A stretch of DNA of 64,000 nucleotides from Blastocladiella emersonii ATCC 22665. Lineage: Eukaryota > Fungi > Blastocladiomycota. The stretch is taken from contig JANHCV010000011.1 of assembly GCA_025594325.1 (NCBI GenBank), forward strand, positions 496,001-560,000, read 5' to 3'. This document shows positions 12,594-24,790 of this stretch, one piece after another (the stretch's first letter is position 1; each line of letters starts with the position of its first letter). The notes under the pieces are model-generated. The model made no database searches and was not told the origin of the DNA. It saw nothing but the letters and a program-made list of their open reading frames with translations. A program made the position numbers and the translations under genes.

Positions 12594-12918
12594 CTACTTT
12601 TGCGTCGTCCCCGTGCCGAGCGGGCTTTCTTTTTGTCTCTTTTGCGATCTCCCTGCGACTATCTCACACTTACTACATTTCTCAAGCCGTCATTCGCGGC
12701 AGCTGAGATGGTATCGCCCCTCCCAGGACATTGCACGCTTGCCAACGCTTGCTGTACTTAGCAGCCAGGGTACTCTTGGTGCAGGTAACATGCGCAAGAG
12801 AACTGGAACAAGTGCAGACAATCATAGCGCAGTGAAATTCACTGGGCACTTGCAAGGCTCTTCCAAACTCCAAGTCAAGGTTATGCTTCCAACAGCCACC
12901 ACTCTAAGTGTGTGAGCA

Positions 12919-13129
12919 TGTAGCGTGGCAAGGAGGGGAACACGAGGAGACCACGATACAGCTAGTCAGGGATGTGTATTCCTGCCTCTGGCCCCAAACC
13001 CAAGGCGGGGTGAGGGGAGAGTGGATGCGAATCCAGGGAGCGCCGCCGCAGGCAGCAGGTGGCGCAGGAACAGGTGCGCGGTTGGTCACATGCGACCAGG
13101 TGGCTGGTTGCCACACGCGTCGGTTAACA
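12919..13129. mobile_element. Solo LTR (211 bp)
   Basis: TG...CA ends with a perfect 5-bp TSD GAGCA (12914-12918 and 13130-13134). Homologous to 30070-30292 on the opposite strand. Confidence 0.85.
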
Positions 13130-13574
13130 GAGCACATTGGGTGTTGACAAACGTAACTTTCACTGAGCAAAAAGAACTCCCCCCTGATCAAATTGAAATG
13201 ACTCAAGGGGGGAAATCAGTAAGCGGGGAAAACAACCTGATTTCAATTAGGGCCCGTTTGGTCCAAATCGGCGCCAGAACGCCACGTCAGAACAGAACCG
13301 TGAGTATGACCTCATTCTGCTCCAGCCCGTTCCGGTGAGCTCTGTGACCCAAACGTCATCGCCTCCATTTCGTTCTCAAGCCCACAGAACGCATTTCCTT
13401 GGAGGCAGCTTGCCCGCGTTGACTCCTCTCTCTGCAATAAACACCGCTCGACTTCGAATAATCGCATTGCCTACCATGGGGACCCAGCATTGGCGCCCGC
13501 GGCCTGTCAACGCATGACGCGCCAGCGCTGCCATCCTTCTCCTTCTCGTTCCCATCCTTGCGCGCATCGCCGAG

Positions 13575-14806
13575 ATGCACGAGCGCCGCTCGCGCGCGCG
13601 TATTCGTACGTCCGTGCTCCAGGGCGAGCAATGGGTGCAGGAGCTTCTCCAGGGTGACCCTGGTCGCTTCATGGAAAACGCTCGCATGGAGCGCCCGGTT
13701 TTCCTCTTCCTCTCCAACCTGCTTCGCGCCCGCGGCCTTGTGCTCCCAGGTCGAAAGCTTTCAGTCAATGCAAAGCTCCTCATCTTCATTCGATTCGCAG
13801 GATTCTCTTTGACCAATCGCGAGCTGCAGGAGCGGTTCCAGCGTTCGGGTCAAACGGTCAGCGCCGTCATCAAGAAAGTCATGTACGCCATCTCCTCGCT
13901 CATGCCCGAATACATTCAGCAACCCAGCGCAAACGCACCGCCGCACCCGCGTGTTGTGACCGACGACAAGTTCTACCCGTTTCGCAACGCTGTTGGTGCG
14001 CTCGATGGTACCCACATCCCAATCTTTGTGCCTCGCGATCAACAGCATGTCTTCCGCAACCGCAAAGGCACGCTGAGCCAAAATGTGCTCGCCGCGTGCG
14101 ACTTTGACCTCAACTTCGTTTACGTGCTTGTGGGATGGGAGGGCCAGGCGAACGATTGCGCGGTGCTCAACGACGCGGTTTCGCGCAACTTCGTGTGCCC
14201 TCCTGGCAGGTACTATCTCGCAGACGCTGGTTACAATCCGCGTCCGTATCTGCTGGTTCCCTTCAATGGCCAGCGCTACCACCTTCGCGAGTTTGCCCAG
14301 AGCGACAGACCGTACGTGTTTCTTGATTTCTTTCGCGCTCCCGAGCATCATTGTTACGTGCAACTGATGCAAACCAACTCGTGCCACCAACTGTATGCAG
14401 GCCTGAGACGGACAAGGAGCTCTACAACGGTCGCCACGCGACCCTGCGCAACTGCGTCGAGCGTATCTTTGGCGTGCTCAAGAAGCGGTTCCCTGTCCTT
14501 ACCACGGGGTGCCAGTACAAGATTCCTCACCAGGTTGAGCTCGTCTATGCGCTGTGTACGCTTCACAACATCATTAACAAGCACAGGACCGCGGGCGTGA
14601 CTGACCCAATTATCTCGGCGGCCGAGCGCAACGTTGTGCGCGAGCGACTTGCTCGCGAAGCGAGCGGCGATGGCCACGAGGAGGGTCGCGATCCCGATGC
14701 TGCCGTTCTTGGAGGTGTGGCACTGCGGGACACCATCGTGAACCGGCTGTGGACTCAGTGGAACCGGTACCTCACCCAGCGCTCACAGTCGCAGTCGCAG
14801 TCGTAG
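13575..14806 (+). CDS. PIF/Harbinger DDE transposase (one intron, 14312-14400)
   Basis: Motifs GALDGTHIP, DFDLNFVYVLVGWEG, YYLADAGY and RNCVERIFGVLKKRF. A GTACGT...ATGCAG intron restores the frame. An upstream in-frame extension from ~13476 is broken by TGA at 13515. Confidence 0.9.
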
Positions 14807-14835
14807 CTGTGTTTATGATGTTTCAACGTATTCAA

Positions 14836-14860
14836 CTAGGTGTGTGTGCTGCGCACACAC
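14836..14860 (-). mobile_element. Candidate Helitron 3' terminus (hairpin + CTAG|T)
   Basis: The minus strand reads GTGTGTGC-GCA-GCACACAC-AC-CTAG followed by T, about 70 bp downstream of a helicase C-terminal fragment. The hairpin-CTAG spacer is shorter than usual. Confidence 0.55.
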
Positions 14861-14928
14861 TTGGGTCTCAGCTGTAGCTTTACTTGGCTTCTTGAGACTG
14901 TTTCAGTTGGTGAAAGTGAAGTAGTTTA

Positions 14929-15183
14929 TCAATTCTCAATCCTGCTCAGCAGGGACAGTCGCTCCATGTCCTTCGCCACGTGCTGTAATGCCTTCTGCAC
15001 GAGAACCCGACTGTTGAACCAGATGATGAGGATGTCCTCGGTCCTGCGCGCTCGAGAGAGGACCATGTACGGGTACCGGGCAGGAAAACGATGCGGGAGC
15101 TTGGGGTCGCCGAAGTCGGCAATGACCTTGTTCAGGGTCATCATTGTGAGAACACGAACGCGAGCGCCAACGCGACGCGTCAC
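14929..15183 (-). pseudogene. C-terminal fragment of a Pif1/Helitron-type SF1 helicase
   Basis: MTLNKVIADFG resembles motif V (QGxTLxKVIVDL). YMVLSRARRTEDILI resembles motif VI (YVxLSRxxxLxxLxI). These are followed by a MERLSLL tail. Confidence 0.6.
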
Positions 15184-15355
15184 GCAACGCGTCTTTGAAA
15201 CGCGTTCTCAGAGTTCAGGGGTAAACTCTTTGAGCTCGCCAGTCGACGAGCACCTCACAAATTCGAGTAGTAACCAGTTGGAAGAAAAAGAGTTTGGAAT
15301 ATATCAGACAGCGGAAGTATTTTCGAAAGAAACGAAGGAAGGAACAGGATCAGGA

Positions 15356-16887
15356 TCAGGCCGAGCGGTCCTTGCCCTTGCCCTTGGCGGGACCGCGACG
15401 CGCGCGCTTGGTCGGCGAGGCCGGCGGGGTCGCCAAGTCGTCGTCGTCGGCCTCGTCGTCATCTTGGGCGGCAGGGATGGCAGCGCTGGACTTGCCCTTG
15501 ACGGCCGACGTGCGGGTACGCTTGGTGGGCGAGGCCGGCGGGGTCTTGACCGTCTTGTTCTTGTCGCGGCCCTTGGCCTTGGTGGCCATCTTGCGCGCGC
15601 GGCATGATGACAACGACGGGCCCGACTTGCACTCGCTCTCCTCCTCGTTGGCGTCGACCTCCTCATCGGCCTCCGAGTCAACGACGATCTTGGTGATGTT
15701 CTTGTTCTTGGTCGCGGCGGACGACGACGCGGGAACCACGGTCATGTCGGACTCGCTGCCGACGTTGTCCCACTCCTGCAGGTTGATGTCGAGCTCCTGG
15801 ACAACGGCCGACGCCGCGGGTCCCGACAGCGTCGTGGCGCTGCCGGACGTGGTGCTGCCCGACGTGGTGCCGCCCGACAGCGCGTTGACGGACGCCGAGG
15901 TGGAAGTCGGCGAGCGGGTGGTGCACGCAGCCATGAGCGGGACGAGCGCAGCGGGCGCGGCCGCAGCGCCGGGAACCATCTTGGCGGGCGATGAGGGACC
16001 GGCCGTGAACATGGGCGGACCGTTGGGGCCCTGCAAAGGAGGCGGAGCCGTCGCAGTGGCGACCGACCGCATCTCGGTGATGAAGAAGGCGACGGACGAG
16101 GACATGGTGAAGTGGTCGTCGTTAGCCGCACCCTCGAAGCCGCAGAACAGCGGGCCAGAGACGAGCATGGTCTTGCCCGTCACCCACAGGCCCTTACTGC
16201 CATGCACACTGCACATCGATTCGTGAGTGAGAAGATTCGCAGAGGAGTCGAACAGCGGATCAGGGCGTACCGGTTGGTCGGGATCACACAGCTCATGGAC
16301 CACGTGGTTGCGCGGGGAGCAGGCTGGCCGCGGTGCGTCGGGTTGGGGAACTGCGACGTGCCGTTCATGACGGTCATGGGCTGGGCCAGTTCAAGCGTGG
16401 GTTGGCACATGGCGAACGTCTTGCCGCCGCCTAGAAGTGGGAGATGTGTGTGAGCGCGGTGAGGGAACGAATCGATGAGGACGACCGAACCGAAGGTGAA
16501 CAGGCCGCTGATGATTGCGGGGTCGGGGTAGCGGATGGCGGGGTCAAGTTGACCAAGCAGGCTGGAAGCGATCGGGTAGAACACGAGCGTCTTGGGGGCG
16601 TCAAAGGTTGGAGCCGTCACGGACGGGCACACGTCGATCTTGATGAAGCCGTCGGCCTTGTACGAGTTGCTGATGAGCAGGCTGCCGCGGTACGCGACGG
16701 CCGTGGCCTGCAGCAAGCCGAGCGGATCGGTCGAGGCGTTGGCGTTGATGAGGGGAACACCAGGCGAGTAGCGGACGGGGATCTCGATGTTGAAGAAGAG
16801 GAAGGGGCTCGACGGCGGAGACGGAAGCTCGGAGAGAACGGTGAAGCGTGACAAGCAGCGCAGCGAGAACGTGGGAGAGAAGTTCAT
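15356..16887 (-). CDS. Unknown ~489-aa protein inside the Harbinger element (beta-rich N-terminus, acidic/basic low-complexity C-terminus); one intron 16209-16270
   Basis: Two long ORFs are joined in frame by a GTACGC...GTGCAG intron (617+853 nt = 490 codons). A TATA-like CATATAAAG lies ~55 bp upstream of the ATG. Confidence 0.7.
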
Positions 16888-17836
16888 GGTGTTGCGAGTG
16901 GTGAAGGAGAGCAAGGACTGTCAGCGGCGGCCCGCGCGCCTTTATATGTGGCCGCATGGCGGCCAGGCAGACGCCGGATCGCGAAGTATTAAGCGCTGCA
17001 TGGGGTAGGAGTGGCGGGTAAAGAGCTGGTCAGCACAGGAGGTCTCAAAGAGCGTCGACGAGCAGCGGCAAGCGCGAGCGAGCGGGCGTGGAGTGGGAGA
17101 GCTTCCGAGGGCGCGAAAATGCAGCCAGACAGGATTGATGTCAGGTCACGTGATGCTGAACAGTCAGTTTCGAGCGAGGTCCGTCTCGTCGCGCCTGCGC
17201 ACGGGAACCGCTGCACAGGACCTCGCTCCCCTCGAAGTGAACAGCCTCGAACTGTTGGGGACTAGGCAAAGCACAGTCCAGATTTACGTTGCAGGGGTCG
17301 GAATGAAGTGAAAGCGAAAAACAACGGAACTCGTCGCGCGACAAAAATCGAAAACGGTCACTGAGCCACTCATGTGACCACAAGAGCAAGGTTGATGTGC
17401 CTGATAGGTTTCAATTGCTCCCACAGAAACTCAGCTTCGCTAAAGCTACAGCTGAGAATATAAGTTTGTTTTCTCTCCATCTCGCCGCGAGCGGTGAGCG
17501 TAAACTGAGTTGGGTGTTCGCCTCTCCCGTTTTCCCTGGCTCGACTTCATCAAGTGTTTCTTAAAATCATATATAAGGCCTTGCATCAAGTTCGAGCTCT
17601 TCGCGAGTGGAGGGTTGCGAACAAACGCGTCCCGAGAGCTGACGCGAAGACGCGTTCGGGTCACGTGCTGGTGATCAGAGTTCAAATCACCGCACGCGTT
17701 TCGCGTCGCGCTCGTTCGACCTCCGCTCCCCTCCGCCGAGTATCGTGTGAAAATCAAAAATTTTTTATGAACTTAGAAACTATTAACACAAATGACACGA
17801 GGGGGAGTAGGTCACTTAATCCGATCCGCCCGGCGC

Positions 17837-18979
17837 CTACTCAAGCGCATACAGGTCGATGCCGCCAGCAATCTGGCGCTCGACGAACGTGGCACGGTAG
17901 CGCTCAGGGAGGCTCATGAGACCAGCAGCCTTCTCGTCGGTCATGGTGCCGACGCAGTACGTGGCCGCGGCCTCCGAAATGTTGTCCTTGATCCAGTCAA
18001 GCGCCTTGACAAAATAGTCGTCGCCCGCATCGGCAGCAGGGGTGCTGGCGTGGACAAGCGTGGTGATGGCTTTCTGCACCGATTCGACGAGGCCGGCAAA
18101 GACCTGGTTCTTGTCGCGCTTGATGCTCAAAGCGGAGCGGGCGGCGGGCCCTGTGGACTGCACGTCGGCGAGCGGCTGCGCCTGAGTCGCGCCGCCATCA
18201 CCCGAACCCGCCTCCGACTCCAAACTAGACTTGTCCTCCTCGCCCGGAAACTCCTGCGTGGCGAGCTCGTCGTAGGCCTCGTCCCACGAGCCAGTACCCT
18301 GCATGGGGAGGGCGGGCGGCGGGCAGAGCGGTCGAAGGCTGCGCGGCCGTGGTGTTGGTGTGGTGGACACGGGAAAACTGACCCGTTGCCGTGGTCCCCA
18401 ACCAGAGCTGGTTGCACTTGTCAAAGTACATGAATGGGCGGGAGACCACGCCCTTGACCTTCTTCTTGAGCTGGATGACCGATGGCGGGTGATATTAGTG
18501 GAGATAAATGCGCATGTTAGGGAAGCGAGAAGCGTACAGTCGCGAGCTTGTGCTCAGGGAGCTCGAGTTTGCAATCCTCCTCATTCCAGCCGACACCAGA
18601 CATGCCCTTGAACTTCTTGATGATCCGCTACGTCGTACGTAGCTAGCGGTCGAGCATATGCGTTAGTTCCATGCTCAGCGTAAGCGGGGCATGCAGCAAA
18701 ACGTACGTATTCGACACGACTGCAAACCTGCGACTCCTGGGCCCCGTTCGAGAGCGCAGCAACGATTTGAGTAACGTGCGTCTTCTTGAGCGAGCAACCG
18801 TCCCCAAGGACGCCGTCCTTTTTGAAGAACAGGCAGTGGTCGAGCGCGACCTCGGTCTGGTGCTTCGACCAAGTGACGCGCTCCGTCTTTGGCACTGCCG
18901 CAACGGGCGAGGCTGCGGCAGCAGCAGCGGACGTGGACGAGCGGGCGGGGGTGGTGCGCGGCCTGAGAAACGCGGGCAA
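17837..18979 (-). CDS. Myb/SANT-like DNA-binding protein (Harbinger ORF2), with introns; possibly frameshifted
   Basis: Motifs VTWSKHQTEVALD, IIKKFKGMSGVGWNEE, RPFMYFDKCNQLWLGTTATG and C-terminal LMSLPERYRATFVERQI. The join near 18300-18390 could not be resolved by a canonical intron. Confidence 0.7.
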
Positions 18980-19543
18980 GGGTGGAGAAGTGAGCTACGA
19001 GGGCCACGCTCAAGGAACGTATATGAAGACTTGCTCATATTTTAGGTCGGGGACTGGTCTGAGGCAGAAGAGGCAGAGAGAAATGCGTCGGTGCAGGAGA
19101 ACGATTTTTTTTTGAGCGTGGGGGAGCGAGCTTTATAGTTTCCGAGGGGGGGGGGGGCAGAACGGTTATGAGCGCCGTGCTGGACCTCCGGAGGTCCCAG
19201 ACGGTTTGGGCGAAAATGAGCGGAACCGGTCAGCCACGCCAGATTGGACCAAACACTCACTCAGCCCCAGAACGAGTTCTGACGTCAGCCCCGTTCCGTC
19301 GGAATGGGAAAATGCGTGGCGGAATCGTCAGAACGCCGTGGACCAAACGGGCCCTTACAGCGAACTGCGTAATTTGCTGGATCAAGCCTGTGCAAGAATG
19401 GACCCACTGCAGTTACAAGTTATTGCTTCATGGCTATCAAGAATTGCAGGGACTAATTGGCAGAATAGCACAGATTCAACACCGTTAGGCTCATCTACGT
19501 GTTTTGTCCACTCTTCCAAACCTCCAACTGATTCACGCTTGAC

Positions 19544-19720
19544 CCTGTCCCGCTGCTTGCCAGCTGGCTGCCAGCTGGCGAGCTCAGAGTTCTAGCTGGC
19601 AGCCAGCAAGCTGCGACAGGAACTCTCCAGCTGGTGGCAAGCCAAATGGTCAGAGTTGCTTCCAGCTGGCCACCAGCTGGTGGGCAGGCTTCCTCCAGCT
19701 GGCTGCCAGGTGGAAATGAA
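19544..19720. repeat. Cluster of CCAGCTGG palindromes with an imperfect inverted repeat
   Basis: GCTGGCTGCCAGCTGG / CTAGCTGGCAGCCAGC inverted pair plus several further CCAGCTGG units. Confidence 0.5.
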
Positions 19721-20944
19721 GCATCATAACCCGTGATATTCTCTGCATATAAACCGCTCCCATAACGCTCAGGACCTTCAGATATTCTCGCGCTTTGTGA
19801 TAGAAAGGGCTGTGAAGTTTGGAAGTGTATTGAAGGAGATGTGATGAGTGAGCAGCAAGAGTTGGTGGACAGGCAGTTGGCACGGGGGCGGGAGGATGCA
19901 ACAGTTACTAGGAGTGTGTGCGTTGCACACTTTGTCTCAGCAGTAGGCAAGTAAGCTGGCTAAATATTTGACTGAACTAGTCCCTTGCCAGGCCCAACAA
20001 TGACAGGGTGAATGTTGATTAACTGGCGAGTTGACGCGCTAATGAATGGATGAACGGAACGCGATGACGCACGGCGTGCTGATGTTCCGCGCCACAATGA
20101 TGCGTGTGTCAGCAAACAGTTTGAAACTCAACGGGATGTGGTCGGTCTTGCTTGTTGGAGAGAGTTTTGCTAAGTTGAGCAAGCACTGGTCACTGCCGGT
20201 CCAACCGCTGCTCTCAATGAAAAGCAATTGAGATCAAATATCTTGTCAGGTTAGAGTCCGAGGCGACGCGCGTGTTTCGCGGCGGCCATTGTGTTCCACG
20301 CGTCGCGCACCGAGTTCTGTGCTGTGATGGGCAATTGGTCGCTCTAGTCGTCTAGCCGCGCTGGATGCAGATCCAAAATGACGTATGCTCGATGTGAACA
20401 GAGGTACCCAACCACGCGCTGCGAGACGTTGCAGTTGCAGCAGGTCCTGGAGCTGGATGAAGATCACGTTGACGCGCCTGTTACGTGGCGACCATTGTGT
20501 TACAGGCGTTGTGCACCAAATCTTTGGCCGTGATCGGAAGAGAATCGCTTAAACCGTTGAGGTGCTCCAACACTGCGCGCGGTACTACGTTTTCTCATCC
20601 AGAGCGGATTTACTGGACCCCCGCGTTCCAAGCCGCTGCAGCTATGCGGCCGCTGAAGGGCAGCGAGGTAGCCAGTGTCTCCTCCTCTTCATTTTTGTTG
20701 TTAGAGATGGGCAAGGGAATGCAGTGTCAAGCGCGACCCACCCTTGCGACCAACTTTGGTATCAGTTTGAACGTTCATGCCTGTTGCTTTCCCTTGTGCG
20801 CCAACTATTGCACCAGTTCCAAGGTCGTGAGTCGCCGTCGACCAGCTCAGTTTTTGTGGAATTGCGGACGAGATGAACTCATTCAAAGTTGAGGAGCTCT
20901 TTCAGATTAGTCGAAGCGCGGCGTATCTCGCGACGGTTTATGTT

Positions 20945-23401
20945 CATCGGGAAATTGGGGGTTAAGATCTCAAAGAGATCTAGCTAGATCTCTCATAGAT
21001 CTTAGGGTTTCGGGGGCCAAAATAGCTGGGGAAGATCTAGGTAGAAATCCACTGCAAACCTATGTTTTCTATAGATCTCACCATAGATCTATCCCTCCCG
21101 TCCAGCTGAGCTTGACTCCGTCAGGGCCGATAGATCTTCGCAACGAACGTAGATTCCCCGCCGCTGAGGAGATCTGTGAGCTTTTTCAAGCGATCTTCGC
21201 CAAGCGAGAGGTCTCAGCACACAACGGGAGAGTTCGATGAGTGAGAAACAGATCTGTATTGTGCATCAAATCTACGCGTCGTCGTCGTCGTCGCTATCCA
21301 GCGCGACTCCGTACGGACTCGCGCCTCGGGCACCCGCCGCCGAGGCTGCGGTCACAGCGGCAGCAGCAGCGGCGGTGGACTTGGTGAACGACCAGCGCAC
21401 GACCTCCTCCGTGATCATGCAGACAAACGGGTGAGCGGCCCGGCGACGCTCGATGCTCGCAACCAGCGAGTGGAAGTAGCTGCGGCGGAACATGTCGACA
21501 TCCACAATGGGCGCCGCCAGCCCCTGCACGTACGACTGGACCACGGGAGCAAACTACACAGACACGTCGGGGCGTGAGCTACGAAGCGAGTCAGGATCGT
21601 GCGCGACGCGTACCAGCTCGATGAAGTACACCATGTTGACAAGCGTGCGATCAGGTGCAAGTCGATCCACGATGGCGAACAGGTGCGGCCCGGGCAGCTT
21701 TGCTACGTCAGCCAGCGGTGGCGTTAGCGTGGGAGACCAGACACGCGAAAACACACGCACAACTCGGGGAGGGGGACAGGTCGCCTAGGGTGCGCGAGCG
21801 GGTGCCATGGGCAATCAGCTTGACGATGCCGCGGGCGTAGGTTCTATAGGCGGGGCGGTCCGGGTCAGATCGCTGGTCAGGAAGCAGCCCAAAGCGGACG
21901 ATCGCAAACATACGTCGTTGCCCTGCGGTTCCAGTCGAACGTGAGGTTGAGCAGCACCTCGGACTTGCAGTTGCTGGGCGCCGTCGCCACGCGCGCGCCA
22001 CGTTGTGCGGGATCTCGATGGCGGTGACGATACGCGGCGCCATGAGCATGCGACCGCAGGCCGTCTCGAGCCCCAGGAAGGATAGGACGGCAGGATCAAC
22101 AAGAGCGTCCACGTCGCCGACGCCAGCGAGGTTCAGAGCGTCCAGGGGGCGAAGGGTGGCGTCGGCCGGCTTGGGCGGGCAGTATCAGCCGCGGCGGGAC
22201 CTGGACAGCGGGAGCACGAGAGAAGCGTCAGTGAGGGCAAACCCGTGCGACGGTCAGCGGCGCGGCGTGAGGCAGCAGCTGGTGGCGGCCGTGCGAGGTG
22301 GCGAGGTGGCGTGCACACGACGGCGCAGGGAGGGTCTGTCTCATACCCGGCGCAGGCCATGGCGATGTGCCCAATGCAGTCCTGGAGCAAGTGCATGGAG
22401 TTGGATGCGTCGTAGGGGAGTTGGGGGGAAGGACGAGTGGCGGGGGAGGAGAGAGGAAGTCGGCGGCGGCGACCGAGCGAAGGACTTTGCCCAAAACAAA
22501 CGCCGCCGATCCTCACGTGCGCTTGACCGCCGCCTCTCTTGACAGCTTCGCCGCGTCGCGTCGGTCCATGCCTCCTCCCCTCTTGTCAAGCATACACAAC
22601 GCAGGTCTGAAGATCTCATTACTGACACGCTGCAACTCCCTCGCCGCGTGGTTCCGTGGTCGAACGATCTCGAAACAGCTGCGGATCCTGGCCGTCGCTG
22701 CTCTGCCCGACCTGCTACGTGGTGAGATGCGCGAGCCGGAACTCGCTGATCCGTCCTGCAAGATTGTTGGCGGCTCTACAACATCGTGATTACGCCCGCT
22801 TACGACCTCGCTCCCGCTTGAAGGCACACTGGCAGGCACCCGCAACCTTGATTCCTGTCGTGCCCGTGCAGCTCTTCAACAGCTCCATTTTCACGTTCCT
22901 TGACGCCGATCCTGCACACCGCCTCGAGGGAATCGATGCCCCTGGCCCTCTCCCCTTCCCACTTCGTTGGTCACGCTGCATGTGTGGTGCTCCCTGTTTG
23001 CTCACTTGAACCACGGTTCTCCCGACCCGCCTGTGCGACGAGCTGATGCACGACTGAGAGATAGTCCAGTGAACTGCTTGATTTATTCCAAACGCGACTA
23101 TGGAGGACAAGGGCAGCAATGATCGGTGTTGTGATTTGAGAGTCAAGGACGCGCCGCGCGAGTTTTGTCTCAAAGTCGTTCGCTGCGCGAGTGCAAGCGC
23201 TCGACTCCTTCCTAGTTTTGTGGTCGAGCACCATATATTACTCGTAGATCTATGTCAGGTGCCAAGATCTTCGCGAGCGGAACCACTCCGGACTGGTCGA
23301 GCGGGGCTAGATTTCCGCAGGGCTAAGATCTTCGTAGATCACAGTGATCTAGGAAGATCTTCGTGATCCACCGCAGCGGGGTGACCCCCCATTTCCCGAT
23401 G
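20945..23401. mobile_element. Non-autonomous TIR element (CATCGGGAAAT...ATTTCCCGATG) with TT flanks and AGATCT subterminal arrays; CACTA/CMC-like by architecture
   Basis: Inverted ends CATCGGGAAAT(T)GGGGG and TT on both sides. There are about ten AGATCT motifs in the left 310 bp and about four plus variants in the right 180 bp. The internal ORFs are decayed. Confidence 0.7.
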
Positions 23402-24229
23402 TTTTGCAGCCAGGTGTTAGCGCAGCAGTGGGGGACATTGGTGCTCTCCCGCTCCAGCTCGCCGCTCACCTCAGAACCAACTCAACAGGTCGCCTAGTCA
23501 TACGAGCAATATGGAATTTTTATCAGAGGCAGTGGAAACCAATGCATAGAGCTAGAGCGCTTAAGCTCAAGTTGGAGTCAGAGTGCAAGAGGCGGAGGTC
23601 GGAGCAGTTGGTTGGTGACGCGTCTCCCACTGCTGCGCCACCACCACCTTGCTGTGCCACCCACTATGCCACCACCGTCCAGTTTGGAGCTTTGTTCGGC
23701 CAAAGTCGGGCTGTCTGCGGAGTCGAGGGCAAGAAGCCGACCAAGCTGGAGCTTTACTGCACTGAGTCGTAGCTGGGAGAGTCAGAAAGGCAGAGGTTGG
23801 AGGTTGGAGGATGGATATTGGAGGCTGTGGAGACGAGCAGCAGTGGAACTGGTGGTCAGAGCGGGGAGAGAGTAGTATCAGAATTTTCATTAGGGAGAAT
23901 TGGCGACCGGTAGCGTTAGGAACTGCTCCCCTCCGTGCTGGGCTTTCAACCCCGCCCCTCCCCCACCCCTCCCCCACCCCCACCCCACCCACCCCTCCCC
24001 AACTCAACCTCAACTTCCCCAACTCAACCTCAACTCAACCTCAACTCAACTGGCACCTCGATGATATTTTCTGCTTCCGCGTGTTGAACCTCTGCAATGT
24101 GATCAGAGGAGTGAGGAGCGTCACCATGGCCATGGTCATGACCATGGTCATGAGTGATTTGACCCGTCAGCGACTATGGATCTCGCCGATCTCTATTGCA
24201 GCCCACGCGCGCGTGCACACTGATCCATA

Positions 24230-24790
24230 GGACCACGAAGCTGGACGCGTTTGGTTGCTCGCCGCGACCGACGCGGCCGCCGCTCCGCAGCGACTTTTCT
24301 TCCGTTGACCGCCGCCTTCACTGCATGAGTGGGCTATGTCGAGGCGCGCGCGACATCGAACCTGACACGAAGATCATCCCGCCGAGGGCCCAGATTATAT
24401 CTCGGCGCGTCTCGAGCTGAGTCGCCATCGCATGCGTCTCAAGCTCTGCCTGCGCCTCGTGCGGCCGCTGACCCATCAAGTTCTGAGCTGAGCAACATGT
24501 TGAAGCTCTTCATTCAACCCGCTATGAGATCGCCGTCCAACTTTGAGCACCGCCGCCGTTGCTTCCGCGCCCCACATAAACGTGAAGAGCGACGCGAGTT
24601 CGACCTGGGTGCGGTGTTCACGGAAAAGTAAGCGTTGAGGGATCGCCATGTAGACTGCGTGGAACTCGTGTGCGTGAGAAGCACGATGATCTACCTTGGC
24701 CGTGGTCGCCGCCGCCTTGCCAGCGTTGAGCGGGTGCATGTAGTAGGCAACTTTCCTCACCAAGAGCATGACGTTGAGCAAATACACGTT
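24230..24790 (-). pseudogene. Possible hAT-like transposase C-terminal relic
   Basis: AYYMHPLNAGK and a frameshifted SAAA...A*DA...PRYNLGPRR segment resemble the hAT C-terminal dimerisation region (SSAxxERxFS...RxRL). The match is weak. Confidence 0.3.

Larger units (their letters stand above)
13250..19354. mobile_element. Complete PIF/Harbinger DNA transposon (6105 bp)
   Basis: Perfect 16-bp TIRs GGGCCCGTTTGGTCCA (13250-13265 and 19339-19354), a TTA TSD on both sides, and both a DDE transposase and a Myb/SANT-like gene. Confidence 0.93.

Noticed and set aside
23935-24055. C-rich and CAACCTCAACT short tandem repeats
   Set aside because: Simple low-complexity sequence with no bounding structure found.
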